The position numbers and the translations under genes were made by a program. Shown piece by piece: positions 45,134 through 52,199 of a stretch of 52,199 nucleotides of DNA. The stretch is from a virus (Duplodnaviria; Caudoviricetes): the IMG/VR virus record IMGVR_UViG_3300046011_003401, positions 1 through 52,199 of that record; one strand, written 5' to 3'. Positions within the stretch are counted from its first letter, which is position 1. Each line of letters begins with the position of its first letter. The notes below the pieces were generated by a model. The model was given only the letters and a program-made list of their open reading frames with translations. It was not told the origin of the DNA and ran no database searches.

Positions 45134-45540
45134 GTGAAGTAGAACAATGCCCAACCGCAACAATGTATCCAGAAGTTAATTTAGCTAATCATTTAGCTTG
45201 TATAAAATTAGCTAATCTAGGTCCTGCAGATCCAAGACAACCAAGTGTTTTGTTTTGGGGTGATAAAATGATAAAGTGGCAAGTAAAAGAAGGTGAGGCT
45301 AGAACTCGTCTTTGTATGAATTGCGAATATTATGATAATTCACCAGAAAATCTACTATGTGTAGCTACTGGCCCTGGTGGACAACTAAAAGCATCTGCAT
45401 TACCAGTAGTTCCTAAATGGGCTGATATTGATGGTATGCCTTCTGCAGTTTGTACTAGATGGGGTATTACTTGTTCTGCTCTACGTACTTGTGATGATTG
45501 GGATCCAATTGTAGAAGAAGAAATAGATGAAGAGGATTAA
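45130..45540 (+). CDS. Cys-rich putative metal/Fe-S-binding protein
   Basis: 8 Cys: CP.AT, CMNC.YY, C..W.I.C....TC..W; acidic tail; ATGA-coupled to the PAS gene. Confidence 0.6.
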   Translation: MSEVEQCPTATMYPEVNLANHLACIKLANLGPADPRQPSVLFWGDKMIKWQVKEGEARTRLCMNCEYYDNSPENLLCVATGPGGQLKASALPVVPKWADIDGMPSAVCTRWGITCSALRTCDDWDPIVEEEIDEED

Positions 45541-45542
45541 TA

Positions 45543-45914
45543 ATGTCCACATCTCTAATAATTAATTTTGGTGATATTTTAAAAAGCGATACCGCAGCTA
45601 AATTTTGGGTATTTTTTACTACTTTGCCAAACTCAATAAATAATTTTGGACATACTGATGCTATACTAGTAAAAGATATTAATTCAACTGATATGACTGG
45701 ATTAATTGCAGGAGCTTCTAGTATTACATATACTTTTGATTACGGTAATAATTCACAGGGTGGTCGTACACCAAATACTCCAGTAGCTATTACAGTGGTT
45801 GGACTAGGCTTAGAAACTAGTCAATATGTTAAAGCTACTACAACTATTACGAATACCCCCTTTAACTCAGTATCTTTAGTGTCTTTACTTGAACGTAATT
45901 ACCTAAATAATTAA
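45543..45914 (+). CDS. hypothetical protein, probably structural
   Basis: beta-rich; FDYGNNSQGGRTPNT...ERNYLN. Confidence 0.6.
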   Translation: MSTSLIINFGDILKSDTAAKFWVFFTTLPNSINNFGHTDAILVKDINSTDMTGLIAGASSITYTFDYGNNSQGGRTPNTPVAITVVGLGLETSQYVKATTTITNTPFNSVSLVSLLERNYLNN

Positions 45915-45925
45915 GGAAAGCAATA

Positions 45926-47515
45926 ATGACTGATTTCATTTCACTTCCACCAGATGGTGTAGGTAAAAAAGTAAGACATAGAGTATTAGCGGATTTAATT
46001 GTTATTAATCAATCAACTCCTCCACTAATCTATTCGACCATAGTAGGGTCAACATCTTTAGCAACTGCTATTATAGATAGTATTGATACTGATGTAAAAG
46101 GTAGATTAAACTATTACTTATCTGATATAACGGGCACATTTATAGCTGGCGAAGTATTAAGAAATACTACTAATACCGTTAACTATGCTACTATCTCAAC
46201 AGTAACTCCCAATATTTATACACCTCAAGTTAATATATCTGATGCTAATAATCCCTCTCATACTCAAAAGGTAGATAAACGAGGAGCAGCAGTAGCTACA
46301 TTCCCAGAAGGTACTCCACAATTTGATTCTTTTGGTCGTATGCAAGTATCACAAATGTTGGCTGTTGGTGAATACTACCATGTAGGTGCTGATCAGCCTG
46401 GTAAGTATTGGAATGATACTAATGGCACTGGTTCTATAACCTATAATCAAGCATCGAGTTCTATTAAATATAGTGCTGGTACAGCCTCTGGTGATAGAGC
46501 CTATAGAACTACTAATCAATATCACCCATATAAACCAGCAACATCTAATTTAATTTATACATCAGTAGCTTGTGGAGACGCAGGTAAAACTAATGTAATA
46601 CGTGAGTGGGGTTATTTCGATGACCTTAATGGTTTTGGGTTTAGATTAAATGGTACTACCCTACAAGTATTTATTCGTTCAGATGTTACTGGAAGTGTTG
46701 TAGATACCATAGTAAACCAAGCTAACTGGAATAATAATATTCTAGATAATAGTACAGCGTCAGACTTTGTTTTAAATCTAACTAAACTAAATATATTTTG
46801 GATGGATTTTGAATGGATGGGTGCAGGTACCATTCGTCTAGGTGTAGTAACTCCTGATGGAAGACGTATTACTTGTCATACTTTTGAAAATACTAATAAT
46901 GTTACTTTACCATTTATGCGTACGGCTACATTGCCACTACGTTGGGGTATAAAAAATACTGGCATATCTGCTAGTACATCTGAAATGAGTGTAGTTGCTG
47001 GTGCAGTATTTACTGAATCTGCCGATGTTCAATACTCTGGTACTTTAATTCATACAAGCCCACCAAATCCGATTGTATTAGTAAATTCTGATGTATATAG
47101 ACCTTTCCTATCTTTTAGACCAAAACTAACTGTTGGTGGATATCCTAATAGAATTATTGGTATACACGAGGCTTTTGATTGGGCAAGTATTGGTGATTCA
47201 GCAGTTCATATTGGAATATTCGTAAACCCTAGCTCACTAACAGGCGCTATTTGGTCTGATTCTATAGTTCCTACAAGTATGTTACAAGTTGATAGATCTG
47301 CTAGTGAAATGTCTCAAGACGGCACTTTAATAGAATCATTCCTTGTTGGTCCTAATAGTGCTGATAGAGTTACATTGGGTGATAGGTTAGAAAAATCTTT
47401 TGAACTACCAGCAGATGGTGTAACTCAACCAGTATTTGTATTTGCTGCTAAAGTACTAAAAGCTGATACAGCGGTTAGTTTCTTTTATACAAAATATTGG
47501 AAAGAGATTAGATAA
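45926..47515 (+). CDS. hypothetical virion protein, beta-sandwich/lectin-like
   Basis: LPPDGVGKK start; FDSFGR..VS, WGYFDD.NGF.F, IFWMDFEWMGAG.IRLG. Confidence 0.65.
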   Translation: MTDFISLPPDGVGKKVRHRVLADLIVINQSTPPLIYSTIVGSTSLATAIIDSIDTDVKGRLNYYLSDITGTFIAGEVLRNTTNTVNYATISTVTPNIYTPQVNISDANNPSHTQKVDKRGAAVATFPEGTPQFDSFGRMQVSQMLAVGEYYHVGADQPGKYWNDTNGTGSITYNQASSSIKYSAGTASGDRAYRTTNQYHPYKPATSNLIYTSVACGDAGKTNVIREWGYFDDLNGFGFRLNGTTLQVFIRSDVTGSVVDTIVNQANWNNNILDNSTASDFVLNLTKLNIFWMDFEWMGAGTIRLGVVTPDGRRITCHTFENTNNVTLPFMRTATLPLRWGIKNTGISASTSEMSVVAGAVFTESADVQYSGTLIHTSPPNPIVLVNSDVYRPFLSFRPKLTVGGYPNRIIGIHEAFDWASIGDSAVHIGIFVNPSSLTGAIWSDSIVPTSMLQVDRSASEMSQDGTLIESFLVGPNSADRVTLGDRLEKSFELPADGVTQPVFVFAAKVLKADTAVSFFYTKYWKEIR

Positions 47516-48024
47516 TGTTAGCTAATATATTTGCTTTTTGGGACGATTTAATCGACCCGTTAAAATGTACTTTTGATGGGGAAAATAAGCTAATATATAT
47601 AAATCCAACTGTAACTACTCTAAATGTAAAAGAAGATATTTATTCAGCATTTAAACGCTGGATGTTTAGAGATACTAATGCTAAATATGAAATGGGTATC
47701 CGCTCTATTGGTGGAGACCCAATTTCAGTTGGTGTAACTGCTGGTGAGATGTACTTCTTAATTAATGGTTGGCAGGTCTATACAGACCATAATGTTAAAG
47801 TTAATGGTGTACTATATCATGATGACGGGTTGGATGTTTATATTGGTCCAGGTGGGGTTACTTCTGTAGTATCTAGTATTGTAACTGGATATGTGGTTTC
47901 TACACCGCAACAAATTGCAACAGCAGTTTGGACAGAACCTACTAGTACAGGTACTGAGGGCTCTTTTGGATATCATTTAACTAATAAAGTACTTACTGTT
48001 ATTAAATTCTTAGGGCTTAAATAA
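47515..48024 (+). CDS. hypothetical protein, probably structural
   Basis: FDGENKLIYI...DIYSAFKRW...IGGDP...YFLINGW; TAATG-coupled. Confidence 0.6.
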   Translation: MLANIFAFWDDLIDPLKCTFDGENKLIYINPTVTTLNVKEDIYSAFKRWMFRDTNAKYEMGIRSIGGDPISVGVTAGEMYFLINGWQVYTDHNVKVNGVLYHDDGLDVYIGPGGVTSVVSSIVTGYVVSTPQQIATAVWTEPTSTGTEGSFGYHLTNKVLTVIKFLGLK

Positions 48025-48374
48025 TGCTTTCAACAATTTTATTTAGTTTAACTGTAGGTCAACTACTTACATATGGGTTTTTATTAGCAATAGTTATATT
48101 TATTATTGCTATCATATTAATTTCTAGAGATAGCAGAGTTAAATATAGATTAATTGACTTAATCAGTAATCCAGATGGTACAGCCTCATTAACTAGATTA
48201 CTTCAATTATCTGCTGGTGTTACTGGAACTTGGGTTGTAATTAAGCTAACTCTTGCCAACACTTTAACTGTAGATATATTTGGTGTATATTTAGCTGCTA
48301 TGGGTATTTCTGAAGGCTTTACTAAGTGGATTCAATCTAAAAAAGGTACTAATAATGATACTACTATTTCTTAA
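48024..48374 (+). CDS. holin (about 3 TM segments)
   Basis: hydrophobic helices and a charged C-terminus; first gene of the lysis cassette. Confidence 0.6.
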   Translation: MLSTILFSLTVGQLLTYGFLLAIVIFIIAIILISRDSRVKYRLIDLISNPDGTASLTRLLQLSAGVTGTWVVIKLTLANTLTVDIFGVYLAAMGISEGFTKWIQSKKGTNNDTTIS

Positions 48375-48723
48375 AACATATTTTAGACAAATAGCTTTTA
48401 TAATTATTTTAGGTATTGCTGTATTAGCAATATATAATAAAGGTTACCAATCTGGATATAATAATAGAGTAATACACTATGAAAAAATCCGTATCGAGGA
48501 TAGAAATATTTTAGTTGGTAAAATAGATAATCTAGAAGCATTAAGTATTGGTATGTCTAAAGATGTAGTTCGTAAACAAGTTAAATTAAGTAAAGACTTA
48601 AATAATCTTACTTTAGATATAAAAAATAATAAATCATTTGTTATAAAAAATGGTGAGTGTATCCCATCAGAATATTTTATAAATACATTTAATTCCGTTA
48701 TTGATAGAGCGAATCAAAAATGA
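48355..48723 (+). CDS. inner-membrane spanin (Rz-like)
   Basis: N-terminal TM, then YNKGYQSG, coiled coil and C-terminal Cys (GECIP). Confidence 0.7.
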   Translation: MILLFLKTYFRQIAFIIILGIAVLAIYNKGYQSGYNNRVIHYEKIRIEDRNILVGKIDNLEALSIGMSKDVVRKQVKLSKDLNNLTLDIKNNKSFVIKNGECIPSEYFINTFNSVIDRANQK

Positions 48724-49016
48724 AAAATACTATAATATTTATACTTTTATTATCTTTAACGGCTTGTGGAACTTTTTTTCAAAAACAAGATTTGCCAATA
48801 ATTTTAACCGAGCAAAATACAGAGTATTTAGTACCTGAGGTTAATATTGACCAATATTTATTACTAGAATGTGAGCAATTAAATCCTTTAATTAAAACGG
48901 ATAATTTTACTGATATTTTATTAACTACTAAGGATAATGCAGCTTTATATACTTCTTGTAGAGATAAACACTCTGCATTAGTAAAAATATTAAAATCTTC
49001 ATTAAATATTAAATGA
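48720..49016 (+). CDS. outer-membrane spanin lipoprotein (Rz1-like)
   Basis: lipobox LTAC; LLLEC..L...N...Y..CRDKH.ALV. Confidence 0.78.
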   Translation: MKNTIIFILLLSLTACGTFFQKQDLPIILTEQNTEYLVPEVNIDQYLLLECEQLNPLIKTDNFTDILLTTKDNAALYTSCRDKHSALVKILKSSLNIK

Positions 49017-49441
49017 GTAACTTTACAATAGAAGAACTCTGTGCATCTGAGTCAGCAACTAGATTAGGTATTAAAAATATACCTACTGCTAATTCACTAG
49101 TTAACTTAAATAGTTTAATAGTGCAATTAGAGAAAGTAAGAGAGATACTTGGTAATAAATCTATACATATTAATAGTGGATATAGAAGTCCTACTCTTAA
49201 TAGATTTATAGGTGGTTCTAATACATCTGCACATTGTTTTGGTTATGCGGCGGACTTTACTTGTAAAGACTTTGGTACACCAAAACAAATAGTACAAACT
49301 ATAAAAGATAGTGGTTTAAAATATGACCAACTAATCTATGAAGGCACTTGGGTTCATATCAGTTTTGATCCAAATAAAATGCGCCAACAAACATTAACTG
49401 CAACATTTTCAAAAGGGAAAGCGTCTTACTCTAATTTTTAG
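49013..49441 (+). CDS. endolysin, peptidase M15A family
   Basis: NFT..EL, INSGYRS..LN..IGG...SAH..G.AAD, WVHIS. Confidence 0.88.
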   Translation: MSNFTIEELCASESATRLGIKNIPTANSLVNLNSLIVQLEKVREILGNKSIHINSGYRSPTLNRFIGGSNTSAHCFGYAADFTCKDFGTPKQIVQTIKDSGLKYDQLIYEGTWVHISFDPNKMRQQTLTATFSKGKASYSNF

Positions 49442-49472
49442 TACTTCATTTTAATAACTACTTAAGGTAATT

Positions 49473-50165
49473 ATGTCAAGTAAAAAAGCCCGTAATTTTC
49501 AATTTAAAGATTCTACTAAACCAGAGGATTTTAAATCTAATTATCAGTTTAAAGAGGTACACCCTTTAAACTACATTCAAGGGGAGTATTTAGATGCTAT
49601 TAAGCATAACGATATTATATTTGGTATTGGTTCGGCAGGTACTGGTAAAACATTTATCGCAGCTTCGTATGCAGCGTCTGAATTGTTTCACCGCAGGGTT
49701 CAAAAAATAATTTTAACAAGACCAAATATAGAAACTGGTAGAGGATTAGGATTCTTACCAGGTTCTATAGATGAAAAATATGCACCATATTTATTACCGT
49801 TTGACGCTATATTTTCTAAAGCATTAGGTAAAGGCTTTTATGAGTATGCTTTAAAAAATAAAGATATAGAGCCAACTCCACTAGGTTTTTTACGTGGTTC
49901 TACTTTTGAGAACTGCATTGTACTAGTAGATGAGGCACAGAATTGCACTAAAGAAGAATTAAAAATGCTTCTTAGTAGAATTGGTAGAAATTGTAAAATG
50001 ATTATTAGTGGTGATACTGAACAAGCTGATATAGATTATTCTGGATTAAGCGATGCAGTAGATAGATTAGAGGGTATTCCCGGTATTGAAATCGTAGAAT
50101 TTCTTGATGAAGATATTGTGCGGAGTAAAATGTGTAAACAAATTATTATGGCTTACAGGGATTAA
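49473..50165 (+). CDS. phoH: PhoH-family ATPase
   Basis: GSAGTGKT, LTRP, LGFLPG, LRGSTF, VDEAQN, GD..Q.D, DIVRS. Confidence 0.93.
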   Translation: MSSKKARNFQFKDSTKPEDFKSNYQFKEVHPLNYIQGEYLDAIKHNDIIFGIGSAGTGKTFIAASYAASELFHRRVQKIILTRPNIETGRGLGFLPGSIDEKYAPYLLPFDAIFSKALGKGFYEYALKNKDIEPTPLGFLRGSTFENCIVLVDEAQNCTKEELKMLLSRIGRNCKMIISGDTEQADIDYSGLSDAVDRLEGIPGIEIVEFLDEDIVRSKMCKQIIMAYRD

Positions 50166-50166
50166 T

Positions 50167-50271
50167 ATGTCAACAACATCTTATTTTATGCTTCAGTGGA
50201 TGCGCAAGCGTAAAGAAGAACTAGAAAAACAAATTGCTGCTAAGAAAAAAGATAGCGCTATAACTAAATAG
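50167..50271 (+). CDS. 34-aa basic hypothetical peptide, not in the ORF track
   Basis: MSTTSYFMLQWMRKRKEELEKQ...; fills the intergenic gap. Confidence 0.35.
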   Translation: MSTTSYFMLQWMRKRKEELEKQIAAKKKDSAITK

Positions 50272-50284
50272 GTGGGTAAATAGT

Positions 50285-50665
50285 ATGGCTGAAACTTATA
50301 AACCAACAGAAGGCATGGCTACTGCCGCTAAAAGAGCCTTAAAGTGGAAGGAAGAAGGTCGCCCTGGTGGTACTTTAGTTGGGCTTGCTCGAGCTAATCA
50401 ATTAAAAGACCGTGATCCACTTAGTGCTACTACTGTACTAAGAATGTATAGTTTCTTCTCACGACATGAAGTAGACAAAAAAGCTCCTGGATTTAATAGT
50501 GGAGAAGAAGGTTTTCCTAGTAAAGGCAGAGTTGCCTGGGACCTTTGGGGTGGCGATGGTGGTTACACTTGGAGCACAGCAAAGCGTAATCAAATTATGC
50601 GCGAACGTGAAGACATTAAAGACTTACAATTTGCAGCTGGATTTTTAGAATCTGGTGACGATTAA
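50285..50665 (+). CDS. conserved phage hypothetical protein
   Basis: KPTEGM...A.RAL.W...GGT.VG.ARA.QL...RMYSFFSRHE...G.VAW.LWGGD. Confidence 0.75.
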   Translation: MAETYKPTEGMATAAKRALKWKEEGRPGGTLVGLARANQLKDRDPLSATTVLRMYSFFSRHEVDKKAPGFNSGEEGFPSKGRVAWDLWGGDGGYTWSTAKRNQIMREREDIKDLQFAAGFLESGDD

Positions 50666-50720
50666 ATAAAATAGAAGTAAAATTTTTATATTTATAAAGA
50701 TTTAATTATAGGAAACAAAA

Positions 50721-51839
50721 ATGTCAATATATTTATATGAAAGTATCTCTGGTAATGTAGTAAATGTAGGTAATTATGTAATAGGTGAGGATAAGCTAGA
50801 GCTAAAATATGGTGTAAGGGAACTAGATGAAGTATTGGGTGTTACTTTAAATAGATATATAGATGGTGTTCTAAATAATAATCCTATAGTTGATAATGAG
50901 AATTCAAATATAATTCCTGGCAGACTATATGTTAATCCAGGGGTAGCAGTAGGTGGGAATGGTTCTTTAGATGCCCCATTTAGCACACTACAGGCAGCAT
51001 ATGATGCAGCTAGTTTAATAGCATCAAGTACTAATACTATCTTTATTGTACTACTAAAAGGAAATACACAAGCCACATCAGAAACTGTTACTTTTAGCAA
51101 AGGACATATCTTCTTAGTTGGGGATATTAGTTCTGGTACTCATGCACCTATTATATTCTATGGTAATTTAATTTTTACAGGACCTAATGCGTCTATTAGT
51201 GAAAATCACTTTGCTATACAAGGTATTGAATTAATTGGCGCTTCAGGAACTGCTGTTATTACCTTCTCTGGCACATTTCCGCAACGTCTTTTTTTAAAAG
51301 ACGTTTGGATTACTGCTAATGGTAACATACACGGTATGTTAATGACTAATACAGGTACCAATTCTAGCGTACATGCTAATGAACTTAAATTAAGTCATAA
51401 TGGTACTGGGCATTTTCATTGTTTAGATATAACTGCAGGTACCGCTAATTTAGATGCATTAGAAACTTCAGGAGTTGGTGTTGCAGCAATTGGTGTAGAT
51501 GGTGGCTCATGCAATCTTAGAAATAGTGAGATTGAGTGTGGTGGAACATACGCAATTGATGTATATGCTGGAGGTACATTAACAGTAGCTAATACAATGA
51601 TTACTACAACTGCAGCTGCATCTGATGGTATTATATTACGGGCTGCAACTGCACTAGCTGTTGTAGGTAATACTTCTTTTAGAGTACCAAGTGCAAATGC
51701 TAATAATAGAGCTATTAATGGCGTAGCAGGTACAGCATTATACTATTCAAACCTATTCTTCTTCCCTGGATATACCGATAAAATTAGTAGTGGAATTACT
51801 AGTGCATTAATTGATTCTACCCCTACTTTTACAGTATAA
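50721..51839 (+). CDS. pectin-lyase-like parallel beta-helix protein
   Basis: LYVNP....GNGS.DAPFSTLQAA lead-in followed by beta-helix-like repeats. Confidence 0.65.
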   Translation: MSIYLYESISGNVVNVGNYVIGEDKLELKYGVRELDEVLGVTLNRYIDGVLNNNPIVDNENSNIIPGRLYVNPGVAVGGNGSLDAPFSTLQAAYDAASLIASSTNTIFIVLLKGNTQATSETVTFSKGHIFLVGDISSGTHAPIIFYGNLIFTGPNASISENHFAIQGIELIGASGTAVITFSGTFPQRLFLKDVWITANGNIHGMLMTNTGTNSSVHANELKLSHNGTGHFHCLDITAGTANLDALETSGVGVAAIGVDGGSCNLRNSEIECGGTYAIDVYAGGTLTVANTMITTTAAASDGIILRAATALAVVGNTSFRVPSANANNRAINGVAGTALYYSNLFFFPGYTDKISSGITSALIDSTPTFTV

Positions 51840-51880
51840 TAAAAAACCCGCAAAAGCTTTCGCTTTGCGGGTTTTTTATT
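51838..51880. terminator. bidirectional terminator between convergent late and early genes
   Basis: AATAAAAAACCCGCAAA...TTTGCGGGTTTTTTATT. Confidence 0.88.
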
Positions 51881-51882
51881 AT

Positions 51883-52199
51883 TTACTTAATTGGACAAGC
51901 ACCGCTTGCGCAGTCATCTTGCACTAATTCATCAAAACTATCTATATTATCTAATACTACTTCGCGTAGTTGAGCAACGTACTCACGATAAGTTAATTCA
52001 TCTACTACTTCTTGTGGTAGATATAGATAACCTAAATCTTTAGCTGTCATACTTGGGTCTGTACGGTATAGGAAACTTACACCAACATAAATATCCCAAT
52101 TAGCTAATAACCAATCGATAACGTCTGGTACCTCATCTGGACTATAACTAACTGTTACGCTAGTATTTTGTTGAGTCCAGTTATTTTGAAGAATTTTGT
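51883..52199 (-). CDS. nrdJ: 3' end of a class II (adenosylcobalamin-dependent, monomeric RTPR-type) ribonucleotide reductase, partial
   Basis: my translation: ...NWTQQNTSVTVSY...YVGVSFL...GYLYLPQEVV...DDCASGACPIK*; the C-terminal CxxGACPIK Cys pair is characteristic. Confidence 0.85.
   Translation of the reverse strand, partial: KILQNNWTQQNTSVTVSYSPDEVPDVIDWLLANWDIYVGVSFLYRTDPSMTAKDLGYLYLPQEVVDELTYREYVAQLREVVLDNIDSFDELVQDDCASGACPIK

Noticed and set aside
1493-51100. Many minus-strand ORFs inside late genes (e.g. 10430-10849, 15652-16071, 37427-38191, 43124-43555)
   Set aside because: Antisense shadows of codon-biased, Thr/Gly/Ala-rich + strand genes; no RBS or recognisable motifs.
1-52199. 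Stop-codon reassignment, tRNA genes or introns
   Set aside because: Genes tile densely under the standard code with all three stops used; I saw no cloverleaf or split conserved gene by eye, and tRNAscan was not run.

Overview
This 52.2-kb window is AT-rich, densely coding DNA from a lytic T5-like (Demerecviridae-type) siphovirus. The spanin pair indicates a Gram-negative host. It begins in a leftward pre-early/terminal-repeat-like segment with an A2-like gene, strong sigma70 promoters, palindromes and two Fur-box-like sites. The + strand then carries the late region: TerS, a TPR-glycosyltransferase/FkbM insert, TerL, HNH nickase, portal, a fused protease-capsid ORF, T5-type neck and tail tube, frameshifting tail chaperones and a chimeric tape measure. 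The tail tip is lambda-type (M-L-K-I-I-J), with a duplicated ubiquitin-like gpI and a Gly-flanked Hint domain at the N-terminus of gpJ. About 18 kb of modular fibre/lectin genes follow, then a coupled TM + dual-PAS + Cys-rich gene trio, a lysis cassette, phoH and a beta-helix protein. The window ends in the 3' end of a convergent class II ribonucleotide reductase. All family calls come from motif recognition by eye; no database search was run.
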